From assembly GCA_046483285.1 (NCBI GenBank), contig JAWODN010000046.1, forward strand, positions 12,888 through 76,887: DNA of 64,000 nucleotides. Direction: 5' to 3'. This document shows, in pieces, positions 19,059 through 28,503 of the stretch. The DNA is from Candidatus Aminicenantes bacterium. GTDB taxonomy: Bacteria; Acidobacteriota; Aminicenantia; Aminicenantales; Aminicenantaceae. A program made the translations under genes and the position numbers. Under the pieces are notes generated by a model that was given only the letters and a program-made list of their open reading frames with translations, had not been told where the DNA came from and made no database searches. Numbering within the stretch: position 1 is the first letter of the stretch; every line of letters begins with the position of its first letter.

Positions 19059-20171
19059 TCATTCACTTCCTTTAAGGTGGCGGATGATCTTGATGCTTCC
19101 GGAGGGGAAGGGATATGGCTCCATTTCTCCAAGGGAGACCCATTTCTGCCTGGAGCTGAGGCCGGCGGGAAAGGCGCGGACGCGGCATGTGAAGGCATGC
19201 AGGGTCACCTGAAACCGGGTGTAGGAATGCCGGACTGTTATCAAAGGCGCAGCCTGTATCACGTCCATCCCGGTTTCTTCCCGGATTTCCCGCTTCAGTG
19301 TGTCTTCAAGAGATTCTCCGGATTGCCTTTTTCCTCCTGGGAATTCCCATAAGTCGGCGAGCAGCCCGCTTTGAGGCCTTCTTTGAATGAAATAGCGGTG
19401 CCCGTTTTTTATCAGGCCCGTCACGGCTTCGATTTTATGAATGTTTCTTTTTCGGGGGGAGGGGATGATTTCCTGCACTCCGGAGGCGTAAGCGGTACAG
19501 AACACCGATACCGGGCAGAGAAGGCAAGCCGGGTTTTGAGGCCGGCAGATGAGGGCCCCCAGCTCCATGGCAGCCTGATTGAAATGTCCGGGCTGGGCCC
19601 TGTCTATGTTCAATCTGAGAAATTCTTCGATTTTTTTTTCATCATTCCGGGATGAATTGGACATCAGCTTCAGAATGCGCATCACCACCCGTTTCACGTT
19701 GGCATCAACCACAGGAAAAGGCTGCCCGAAGGCGATGCTCAGAACGGCGGCGGTGGTGTAAGGCCCGAATCCGGGAAGATTGATCAAAAGCTCATAATCC
19801 GGGGGGAGGCGTCCTTGATGCCGGCCGGCGATTATTTGTGCGGCATGACAAAGGTTTTTGGCCCTCTGGTAATACCCAAGACCTTCCCAGAGCTTGAGGA
19901 CTTTGCTAACGGGAGCGCGGCTTAAAGTCAAAACATCGGGAAATTCCCGGATCCATTTTTGATAGTAAGGCAGAACGGTCTTAACCGTTGTTTGCTGCAG
20001 CATAACTTCGGAGATCCAGATCTTGTAAGGATCGTCCGTTTCCCGCCAGGGAAGTTTTCTTTTGTGTTGCCGGTACCACCACATAAGGGAAGTACAGAAA
20101 GACGAAGGGTCCGCAGAATGATTTTTTTCAGCGGCCGGAGGTGTCTTCCGGATTGGATTCGGCTGTTTCAC
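19059..20171 (-). CDS. mutY: A/G-specific adenine glycosylase with C-terminal Nudix domain
   Basis: WISEVMLQQT, WEGLGYY, HhH LPGFGPYT, VDANV, CxPxxPxCxxCPxxxxC. Confidence 0.93.
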   Translation of the reverse strand: MKQPNPIRKTPPAAEKNHSADPSSFCTSLMWWYRQHKRKLPWRETDDPYKIWISEVMLQQTTVKTVLPYYQKWIREFPDVLTLSRAPVSKVLKLWEGLGYYQRAKNLCHAAQIIAGRHQGRLPPDYELLINLPGFGPYTTAAVLSIAFGQPFPVVDANVKRVVMRILKLMSNSSRNDEKKIEEFLRLNIDRAQPGHFNQAAMELGALICRPQNPACLLCPVSVFCTAYASGVQEIIPSPRKRNIHKIEAVTGLIKNGHRYFIQRRPQSGLLADLWEFPGGKRQSGESLEDTLKREIREETGMDVIQAAPLITVRHSYTRFQVTLHAFTCRVRAFPAGLSSRQKWVSLGEMEPYPFPSGSIKIIRHLKGSE

Positions 20172-21165
20172 TCTCTCTTTGTTCCTTCAAGTCTTCAATA
20201 ACGCGTTCTATCAAATCGCCGGTGTCCTTCTTTTCAGCGGAGTCCAAGCCGATGTGGACCGAATAAGGGTACTGCTCCCGGATTTTGTTTTTTTGGGGAA
20301 CTTCACGTAAAATCCGTTGACGCACATTTTCCGCTTCATGCTTTTTGGTGTTGGGCAGCATAATGATGAATTCATCCGGACCGTAACGGGCCACCACATC
20401 CACTTTTCTGATTTGGGTCTTAATAAGGAGAGCCAGGTCTTTCAACACCGCATCCCCGGCCAAATTACCTTTTTCTTCATTGATGTCCTTAAGATTATCG
20501 ATATCCACCAGCAGCAGGGACAGCGGAGTTCCGTAGCGGTTGCACCTTTCGATTTCCCTGGAAAAGATCCCATCGAAATTTTTCCGGTTGAGCAGCCCGG
20601 TGAGAGCATCTTCGCGGGACAAGTCTTTGATGGCGCTGAGGTAATAGATTTTTTCAATGGCGAGGGCTGCGAATCCGGATATGGTTTGCAAAACGTCCAG
20701 GTCTTTTTTTGAGTACGGTTTTTTATCCTTCCGGTCTGTCAGCTCGAAAACTCCGATAATCTCATCATTCACAATCAAGGGTGACCCCATTTGAGAATAA
20801 GCGTCTATACCGGTCAGTTTGGTGAAATTTTGATAAAACCGTTCATCCTGATGGACGTCAGGAATAAAATCCGGCTTTTCATTTGCCGCAATCCAGTGGG
20901 CCAACCCTTTGCCTTTGGGCAGGTCTTTTCCCTCTAGCGCTTCGCTTTTCTCTCCATGCACCAGTTTGAAAAAAATTTTTCCGGTGCTGCTGTTATGAAG
21001 CAAAAGAGACCAGGACACCGGAGAAAAAATTTCTCCTATTTTCAGCATAACCTGGTTCATGGCTTGGTTGATGGTGTTGGATGCGGTGGACCCTAAATCC
21101 GTATCGGCGAATAAAGACAGTTTCAGATAATCATCGATTCCTTTATAATTTTTTCTTTCTTCCAT
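20128..21165 (-). CDS. GAF + GGDEF protein (degenerate GPDEF site)
   Basis: GAF domain; DALTGLLNR, DIDNLKDIN, RKVD, RYGPDEF; alternative start 21225. Confidence 0.85.
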   Translation of the reverse strand: MEERKNYKGIDDYLKLSLFADTDLGSTASNTINQAMNQVMLKIGEIFSPVSWSLLLHNSSTGKIFFKLVHGEKSEALEGKDLPKGKGLAHWIAANEKPDFIPDVHQDERFYQNFTKLTGIDAYSQMGSPLIVNDEIIGVFELTDRKDKKPYSKKDLDVLQTISGFAALAIEKIYYLSAIKDLSREDALTGLLNRKNFDGIFSREIERCNRYGTPLSLLLVDIDNLKDINEEKGNLAGDAVLKDLALLIKTQIRKVDVVARYGPDEFIIMLPNTKKHEAENVRQRILREVPQKNKIREQYPYSVHIGLDSAEKKDTGDLIERVIEDLKEQRESETAESNPEDTSGR

Positions 21166-21340
21166 TTTAGGTCTGCTGTTCTTCTGGTTCAGCCGGAGTG
21201 AATGTGAATACTCTTGAGTTATCATATGCCCAAGGAAAAGTCAATCACCGGGCAAAAAGAGATCCCTTTTTTCCGGAATCATAATGAAAGCCGGGAGAAA
21301 GCTTCCGTCCACCGGGCTCGTATCTTGTTCCTTTTCCGGT

Positions 21341-23752
21341 TTAAGAGAAAAGAGCCTCAATATTCCTGAGCGCATCCATGGCGTCTTTTCCGTAAGCATC
21401 GGCTTTGATATGGTCGGAAAATTTCCGGGAAACGGCGGCTCCTCCCACAATCACTTTTATGTGGGGGACCTTTTGATTTTTGATTTTGATAACCTCTTCC
21501 ATGGCATCCAGGGTGGTGGTCATGAGGGCGGAAAGACCGATCACACCGGCTTCTTCTTTTTCAGCCGCGGCCACAATATCTTCAGCGGGCACGTTTTTCC
21601 CCAGGTCGATGACTTGGATTCCGGAATTTCTGAGAACCAGGGCCACGATGTTTTTCCCGATATCATGAAGATCTCCTTTGACGGTCGCCAGGATGATCTT
21701 TTTCTTTTTTTGCCCGCTTTTTTTTCTGGGAAACGCCTGTTCCAGAACAGCGGAGGCGGATTCCATAGCTTCGGCCGACATGATCAACTGGGGAAGATAA
21801 TAGATGTTTTTTTCATAGTGGTCCCCGGCTTTGCGGAGGGCGGGGGAGAGCACGTTTTCCAAAATGTCCAAACCGCTGCGTCCCGATTCAATTAACTGTT
21901 TGGTCCTGTGTTCACTTTCTTTTTTTTCTCCCTCCAGGACGGCCTGGAATAATTTCTGATCCGGGCTATCAAGAGAACGCGGGGTTTTTGTTTCAGGAGG
22001 TTTTTTCTGTATGCGGCTGAAACTTTCCGTGAAAATACGCAATCCTTTATCCCTGCCGGTTACGGCGTCGGCGGCCTTAATCAACTCCATGGTCTTTGTG
22101 TCCTGGGGATTTAAAATGGCGGCGTCCAATCCGAACGGCATGGCCATCATCAAAAAACTTTGATTGAGTCTGGACCGGAGCGGAAGACCGAAAGAAAAAT
22201 TAGACAACCCGATAATAGATGCGATTCCCAAAGAGGAAGCTCCGGCGATGGCTTGAAAAGTTTCTTGTGCGGCTTTCGGAGAAGAAGCGGATAAGGCGAG
22301 AGTCACAGGATCCATGATGAGGTCGTCTTGGGAGAGCCCTGCTTCCAGAGCTTCCCGGATGAGGTGTTCGATAATCCGGAGCCTGTCGGCGGCTGGTTCG
22401 GGGATGCCGTTTTCATCCATGGCCAGCAGCACCACTCCGGCTCCGAATTTTTTTGCCAAGGGAAAGAGGGTTTGTGTGTTTTTCTTTTCGGCGTTTACTG
22501 AATTGATGACCGGCTTTCCTCCGTAGAGAAGCAATGATTTTTCAAGGGATTCAGGATTGGAATTATCCAGGAAAAGGGCGCATTTGGTCACGGTTTGAAT
22601 ATCCCTGATTGCCGATGCGTAAAAATCAGGATCCTTTTCGCCGGCCTTCCCTAAATTGATATCCAAAGCGTCGGCGCCGGAATGCTCCTGTTTTCGGGCG
22701 AGGCTCCGGGCGCCGGCAAGCTCGCGGGATTGGAATTCCCGGTCCAGTTTTTTGGATGCGAAAGGATTGATGTTTTCTCCGACAACGGTAAAAGGACGGC
22801 CGTTTCCGGCGACAACCAGGCCGCTGCGGCTGGACATGCGGAAACCCGCATCTTTTTTGCCCGCAGGCACCGGTTTTTTTTCTTTAAGCCTCCGGGAGAT
22901 TTCCGCTATATGTGCCGGTGTGGTTCCGCAGCATCCCCCGATGATACGTACGCCTTTTTGATGAAAATCCTGAGCGAAACGGGCGTATTCTTGAGGGGTG
23001 AGCGGGAAAACAACCCGGTTCCCCTTTTTTTCAGGCTCCCCGGCGTTGGCATAGACAATAAGGGGTTTACGGCTGTGGAGAAGGGTTTGATCCAGCATGG
23101 CGGCGTATCCTTTGGGATGTCCGCCGCAGTTGATGCCGTATATATCGGCAAGACCGGCGGCAAAGGTTACGGCGGCGGCTTCGGGACCGGTGCCGGTCAC
23201 CGTCCTTTGGTTGTCCAAAGGAAAAGTCATGGAAACAGCCACAGGCAGCGGACTGACGCTGCGGCATGCCTGCGCGGCAAGCTTGGCCTCCAGAATATCA
23301 ATTTGAGTTTCAACCAGGAAGAAGTCAACGCCTCCTTCCGCCAGAAACGCCGCCTGTTCGGAAAAAGCCTCCAGAGCCTCTTCCGGCTCAATTTCGCCCA
23401 GGGGACGGATGAGCTTTCCCGTTGGTCCGATGGACCCGGCGATAAACACCTTTTGGCTTTTCCGGGCTTGTGAAGCTGCGTCCACAGCGGCCAGGTTCAG
23501 ATCACGGCTGCGGCCTGAAGACGAAAATTCCTGCAGCTTGATGCGATTAGCCCCCAGGGTATTGGTTTCAATGATGTCAGCGCCGGCTTGGATATAGGCG
23601 GCGTGGATGTCTTTGATCAAGCCGGCTTGGGACAGGTTCAATTCTTCCGGAAAGTCAAAGATTTCACCGGTTCTTTTCATAATCTCGGTGCCCATGGCAC
23701 CGTCGAGGATAAGAATCCTTTCTGAGAGAGCTGTCAGTAGATCATTCGGCAT
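21341..23752 (-). CDS. metH: B12-dependent methionine synthase lacking reactivation domain
   Basis: LDGAMGT, GINC, GGCCGT (Hcy/Zn); pterin-binding domain; GDLHDIGKN B12 motif; ends after B12 domain. Confidence 0.88.
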   Translation of the reverse strand: MPNDLLTALSERILILDGAMGTEIMKRTGEIFDFPEELNLSQAGLIKDIHAAYIQAGADIIETNTLGANRIKLQEFSSSGRSRDLNLAAVDAASQARKSQKVFIAGSIGPTGKLIRPLGEIEPEEALEAFSEQAAFLAEGGVDFFLVETQIDILEAKLAAQACRSVSPLPVAVSMTFPLDNQRTVTGTGPEAAAVTFAAGLADIYGINCGGHPKGYAAMLDQTLLHSRKPLIVYANAGEPEKKGNRVVFPLTPQEYARFAQDFHQKGVRIIGGCCGTTPAHIAEISRRLKEKKPVPAGKKDAGFRMSSRSGLVVAGNGRPFTVVGENINPFASKKLDREFQSRELAGARSLARKQEHSGADALDINLGKAGEKDPDFYASAIRDIQTVTKCALFLDNSNPESLEKSLLLYGGKPVINSVNAEKKNTQTLFPLAKKFGAGVVLLAMDENGIPEPAADRLRIIEHLIREALEAGLSQDDLIMDPVTLALSASSPKAAQETFQAIAGASSLGIASIIGLSNFSFGLPLRSRLNQSFLMMAMPFGLDAAILNPQDTKTMELIKAADAVTGRDKGLRIFTESFSRIQKKPPETKTPRSLDSPDQKLFQAVLEGEKKESEHRTKQLIESGRSGLDILENVLSPALRKAGDHYEKNIYYLPQLIMSAEAMESASAVLEQAFPRKKSGQKKKKIILATVKGDLHDIGKNIVALVLRNSGIQVIDLGKNVPAEDIVAAAEKEEAGVIGLSALMTTTLDAMEEVIKIKNQKVPHIKVIVGGAAVSRKFSDHIKADAYGKDAMDALRNIEALFS

Positions 23753-23756
23753 GAAT

Positions 23757-25130
23757 TTATTCCCTGTTAACTTCGGCGTTTTCTTCTTCTGTTATTTCAT
23801 TTTTCAGCCAATCTTTCCGCTGCAGAGGAAAAGTCTGCAGAAATTCGGAACCGGCTTTATAAAGATAATCAAAACGCTGGTTTTTTAAAACCACTTGATT
23901 GTTTTCCTTGTCTTCTTTTCCAATCAGAAGAGTGATGGTTTCAGCTTCTTGGTCTTTTTTGACGGTGATGGTGACTTTTTTGTCTTTGTCTGCGAGACCG
24001 TATTCACCGGCGTCCCAGGGAGGGTCAATAAAATCCGAAGCTTCCAGGTAGGAAATTTTCCGCAGGAAGTCTTCGATTTTTTGTATATCCGCTTCCGGTC
24101 CTTCAGCTGAATCCAGGCGCCACGTCTCTTCTTGGTCTTTAACAGCCGACAGGGTGAGCTGCCGGCTGGTGATATCCACGGCGGAGACTTCCCAAGTATA
24201 AAAGCCGGCGATACTCTTGTCGCGCAGATCCGTCAGGGATTGATCAAGTTTGGTCAAAATGGCATCCGGAACCGTCACGATTTTGAGGGAGTCATTGGTG
24301 GTGGCGTACACCGCATCATCATGCCGGTTGAAGAAAAATTCGGTTTTTTTGTTTTCTTCCGGCAGATTCATTTCAACCCGGTAGGAAGGCTGGTGCAAAC
24401 CGAATTGCCGGATTTCCGGGTCGGTTTTGTTTTCGGAAACAAATTCTTCCGCTTTCAAGGAAGACAGGGAATCCAGAATGCCCTGAATTCCGGTCTTGTC
24501 CGCCAGCGAATCCAGGGGGTCAACCAAAAACCACTCTCCATCTTTTTTTTCCGCCTGCCAGGATGTTTCAGGATTTGACACCGTTATGGACATGCTTTTT
24601 TCCGTATCAAAGCGGAAGATATCTTTTTTACGAAAGTCGCTCAGGCTTTTTTCCAGAGTGGTGCTGAGGCGGCTGGGAATGAGAACCACCCGGCTTTCAT
24701 TCTCAAGTTTAGCGAAATAGGTGTTGTCCAGGGGGTTTTTGTCACCAATCAGGATGCCGACCGGCTCCGGCTTGTCTTTATAATGCAGGATAATTTTTTG
24801 TGAAGGGATTCCATATTTAGCAAGATCGGACGGCTCAGTTTCCACGGTTTTTTCATAGGCGAGTTCCGACATATCTCTGGCCAGGTTCTCCGTCTGGATC
24901 TTATCTGCGGGGGCATTCACCGGAGAGGTGATCATCCATTCTTCTTGGTTTTGCTTGGTTATGATTATGAGGCTTTCTCCGGTGTCGAATTCGATTTTTT
25001 CGACATCGTAAGGCGGCAGATCAACCAGGAGATTCCGGCTTTCCTTTTCCCCGGGAAATTCGATAACCAATACAAAAACCAGAAGGGCGATAAAGGCCAG
25101 CAATAAATAAAAGGTGGTGCGGAATTTCAT
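23757..25130 (-). CDS. DUF4340 domain protein
   Basis: N-terminal TM, three repeated W..P...AD / YGL..P units; ATGA overlap with upstream gene. Confidence 0.75.
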   Translation of the reverse strand: MKFRTTFYLLLAFIALLVFVLVIEFPGEKESRNLLVDLPPYDVEKIEFDTGESLIIITKQNQEEWMITSPVNAPADKIQTENLARDMSELAYEKTVETEPSDLAKYGIPSQKIILHYKDKPEPVGILIGDKNPLDNTYFAKLENESRVVLIPSRLSTTLEKSLSDFRKKDIFRFDTEKSMSITVSNPETSWQAEKKDGEWFLVDPLDSLADKTGIQGILDSLSSLKAEEFVSENKTDPEIRQFGLHQPSYRVEMNLPEENKKTEFFFNRHDDAVYATTNDSLKIVTVPDAILTKLDQSLTDLRDKSIAGFYTWEVSAVDITSRQLTLSAVKDQEETWRLDSAEGPEADIQKIEDFLRKISYLEASDFIDPPWDAGEYGLADKDKKVTITVKKDQEAETITLLIGKEDKENNQVVLKNQRFDYLYKAGSEFLQTFPLQRKDWLKNEITEEENAEVNRE

Positions 25131-26704
25131 AACGACCGCCTCCTGATCCAAATGAATATTCCGGTCAACATAACGGCCAGAGGCAGAATAATCAGGGAAA
25201 CAAAAAAGATCAAGCGTCCTTGGGTGGGGGTCAGGTGAATGGTGCGGGGCTGGGATGTTTTTGATTGAATGGAAATCAAATCAGCTTCTTCAGAAAGCCA
25301 GTTGACGGCGTTGAGAAAAAGGTTTCCATTTCCTGATAAATTATAATACGCATTGGCGGCGAAATCGGCGTCACCGAAGACTGCGATTCGTGATTCATTC
25401 CGGTTCGAGTCATCCAGCGCCTCCTCATCCGGAATGGTGTCCGTTTCTGTTTCGACGGGCGGTTTTTCCTGAGGGGTTATGGTGACAGCCGCGGCCAGGG
25501 AGACCGGTCCGGGTTGGTCGAGACCTTCGTCGTAACGGACTTCCTGCTGGTCGAGTTGTCTTTCGGACCAGGAATCGGGGCTGCTTTTGGCGAGGATTTG
25601 AATGTTTATTCCATCCGGAGTCTCTTCGGCTTTGTCCACGGAACGGGCATAGGGGAAAAAGGTGGCATAGCGGAAATTCTGAGTTATGGAATGAGCCCCG
25701 TATTCGCTGATCACCGGCATGAAATAATCCCCGCCCAGCTGGCGGGAAACCGGATCAACCACCAGGTCGTCCGCTAATTTAACCCCGTACCGGGCAAGAA
25801 AAGCTTCAAGCCCGGTTTGGGTTTCCGGCTCGACCATAAACAAGACCCGGCCTCCTTTTTGAATAAAGGCGTCCAAGGCTTCCGTTTCAGCCGGAAGCAG
25901 TTCTTTTTTGGGGCCGGGGATGACCAGGACGGACACATTTTCTCCCAGATTTTCAGGTAAAGCCAGAGTTATTTTATGGACCAGATATCCTTGTTTTTCC
26001 AGCTCTTCCTTCGCCAGAGAATACCCCTGGGCTTCCATCATGTCGATTGCGGCTTCACCGTGGCCTTCCAAAAAGTAAACTGATTTTTGGGTCTCACGGG
26101 TGAGCTGAATGATAGCGTTGGTGAAATCCTCCTCCGAATAGGAGGTGATGCGCTGTTCCCGCTCGCCCCGTTCAAAAATGGTGGTGCCGTCTTCAGTCAC
26201 ATTGTAGCGTTTAACCAATCCGGGGTTGGTATCGGGTTCGATGAATTCATATTTAATTTTGTTGGAATGATAAGCATAGATCTCCAGCATGCGTTCCACT
26301 TTATTGCGGTTGAAGTTATCCTGCCGGAAAAAGCAGTTGATGAGGACCGGCTCCTCCAAATTTTTTAAAACCTTAACCGTTTGATCTGACAGACTGTGCA
26401 GTTTGGCTTCGGTGAAATCAAACCGGTAGTGATAATTGGAAAAAATATAATTGATCAAAACCACAATTCCCAGAACCAGAATAATCACCAGGAACATATT
26501 GCTGGAGTATATAAAGGCTTTTCGCTGCATGGCTTCCCGCATGCGGGAGATATTCATCGCCAGATAAGCTCCCAGGGCGAGAAGGCCCGTGATCCCCAAA
26601 ATGAGGGGAATCATTTTGCGGTAGGGCCAGATGAAGTAAGACACCAGAGACGCCAGAATCAAGACAGCGGCTATATAATTTAGATTTTTCTTAAATTGGT
26701 CCAT
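25127..26704 (-). CDS. GldG-family ABC auxiliary protein
   Basis: DFTEAKLHSLSDQT, YFLEGHGE, GDADF, NLFLNAVNWL, C-terminal TM. Confidence 0.85.
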   Translation of the reverse strand: MDQFKKNLNYIAAVLILASLVSYFIWPYRKMIPLILGITGLLALGAYLAMNISRMREAMQRKAFIYSSNMFLVIILVLGIVVLINYIFSNYHYRFDFTEAKLHSLSDQTVKVLKNLEEPVLINCFFRQDNFNRNKVERMLEIYAYHSNKIKYEFIEPDTNPGLVKRYNVTEDGTTIFERGEREQRITSYSEEDFTNAIIQLTRETQKSVYFLEGHGEAAIDMMEAQGYSLAKEELEKQGYLVHKITLALPENLGENVSVLVIPGPKKELLPAETEALDAFIQKGGRVLFMVEPETQTGLEAFLARYGVKLADDLVVDPVSRQLGGDYFMPVISEYGAHSITQNFRYATFFPYARSVDKAEETPDGINIQILAKSSPDSWSERQLDQQEVRYDEGLDQPGPVSLAAAVTITPQEKPPVETETDTIPDEEALDDSNRNESRIAVFGDADFAANAYYNLSGNGNLFLNAVNWLSEEADLISIQSKTSQPRTIHLTPTQGRLIFFVSLIILPLAVMLTGIFIWIRRRSL

Positions 26705-26707
26705 TTT

Positions 26708-27475
26708 TTATCTCCATCTCCGGGATTGAATGACCGAATGAGTTAAAAAGAGGCCCAGGAAAATAAAACTTAGATAATAAACCAGGTCGGTGGTATCAAG
26801 AATCCCTTCGGTCATGTCTCCGAAATGCTGGAAAAAAGAAATATAGTTCAATACGCTCCGCCAAATCCCGCCGGCAGAATTCGCTGCCCAGTTGAGAACC
26901 CAGAAAAGAAGCAGGGCGCCGAAGGTCAGCATGGCGGCGACGATTTGGTTTTCCGTCAGGGAAGAAAAGAAAATACCGACAGCCATGAAAGCCGCCCCCA
27001 GCAGGAACAAACCGAGATAACCGTTGAGAAGCGGTGCCGGCTCAGGGTTTCCATAAGCGAAGGTGAAGATGGACAAAACTCCGGTAAGCAGCAGCATGAT
27101 CACCAGAACGAACAATGAGGCAAAATATTTTCCCAGGATAATCTGATGAACGGATATGGGGGATGTGTACAGGAGCTCATCCGTACTTATTTTCTTTTCT
27201 TCGGCGAACAAGCGCATGGTGATCAGGGGGATCATCAGAAGCAGTATGATGCTGACATTATTAAAAAGAGGAGCATAAACCATTTGATTGATATTGAGCT
27301 GTTCAAGATATTGAGGGTATTTGGCGAGCTGCATGGACTGCATGTGGAACCAGTTGATCAAACTGGTGAAAAAGAATCCCGTTAAAACCAGAAACACCGT
27401 GATGGCGACATAAGCGATGGGTGAAGTGAAATAGGTTTTGATTTCTTTTTTGGTGATGGACCAAATGTTTTTCAT
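26708..27475 (-). CDS. ABC-2 permease (GldF-like)
   Basis: Start MKNIWSITKKE; YFTSPIAY, TMRLFAEEKK, ILGKY, LTENQIVAA. Confidence 0.88.
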   Translation of the reverse strand: MKNIWSITKKEIKTYFTSPIAYVAITVFLVLTGFFFTSLINWFHMQSMQLAKYPQYLEQLNINQMVYAPLFNNVSIILLLMIPLITMRLFAEEKKISTDELLYTSPISVHQIILGKYFASLFVLVIMLLLTGVLSIFTFAYGNPEPAPLLNGYLGLFLLGAAFMAVGIFFSSLTENQIVAAMLTFGALLLFWVLNWAANSAGGIWRSVLNYISFFQHFGDMTEGILDTTDLVYYLSFIFLGLFLTHSVIQSRRWR

Positions 27476-28401
27476 TGCTGGACTCCTCCCGAGACGGCTC
27501 TCAGATAGAGGTCTTCGATGTTCATGGCGAGCGGACGCATTTCCATCAAACCGAGATTTTTTTCCGCTATAAGATGGACCAGACGGTCCCGCAGGTCCTG
27601 ACCCGTGGACCATTCGATTTTAATGCCGTCATCCTGAAGCGAAATGTTTTTCACTCCGGGAATATTTTTCAAAAGAGATTGGACACCGGAACCGGTTTGG
27701 CGCAATTTGAGCAAAACGCCGTCTTTGCCTTTGCTGAAAGAAGCCGTCAATTCGTTCAGGGAACCCGAGCGCATCAGGCGGCCTTCATTGATAATGATCA
27801 CGCCGTCGCAGGTTTGGGTGACTTCAGCAAGAATATGAGTGGATAAAATGATGGTATGGGATTTCTTCAAGGATTTGATCAGCTCTCTGATTTCACGGAT
27901 TTGAGCGGGGTCCAGTCCGATGGTCGGCTCATCCAGAATCAAAACTTCCGGATCATGGATGAGGGCTTGTGCAATACCCACCCGCTGACGGTATCCCCGG
28001 GAGATGTTTTTGATCAGTCTTTTCCATACGGACTGAAGCGAACTCACCTCAATGGCTTTTTCCACGGCAGAGGTGCGCTGAGAAGAAGGCACCTGTTTAA
28101 TTTCCGCGACGAAATGGAGATATTCCCGTACCGTCATTTCAGGGTACAAAGGAACATTTTCAGGAAGGTAGCCCATGATTTTTTTGACGTCCTCGGGATT
28201 TTCGAAGACGTCAAATCCAGCCACCCGGGCTTTTCCATTTGTGGCGGGAAGAAATCCGGTGAGGATGCGCATGGTGGTGGTTTTTCCTGCGGCGTTGGGT
28301 CCCAGGAGTCCCCAGATTTTTCCTTTCTCAATGGTGAAGTTCAAATCGTTGACAGCGATTAAATCACCATATTTTTTGGTGAGATGCTCAACTTCGATCA
28401 T
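27472..28401 (-). CDS. ABC ATP-binding protein (GldA-like)
   Basis: GPNAAGKTT, SRGYRQ, ILDEPT, STH. Confidence 0.92.
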   Translation of the reverse strand: MIEVEHLTKKYGDLIAVNDLNFTIEKGKIWGLLGPNAAGKTTTMRILTGFLPATNGKARVAGFDVFENPEDVKKIMGYLPENVPLYPEMTVREYLHFVAEIKQVPSSQRTSAVEKAIEVSSLQSVWKRLIKNISRGYRQRVGIAQALIHDPEVLILDEPTIGLDPAQIREIRELIKSLKKSHTIILSTHILAEVTQTCDGVIIINEGRLMRSGSLNELTASFSKGKDGVLLKLRQTGSGVQSLLKNIPGVKNISLQDDGIKIEWSTGQDLRDRLVHLIAEKNLGLMEMRPLAMNIEDLYLRAVSGGVQQ

Positions 28402-28503
28402 CCGCTTCCTCCTTTTTGTTTGCTTTCCATTTCATTTTTAATCGCCCTTTTACCCCGTGGGCGGCGTGCTCATCATTCAGGCAGAATAACCGCTTGTTTT
28501 TCT

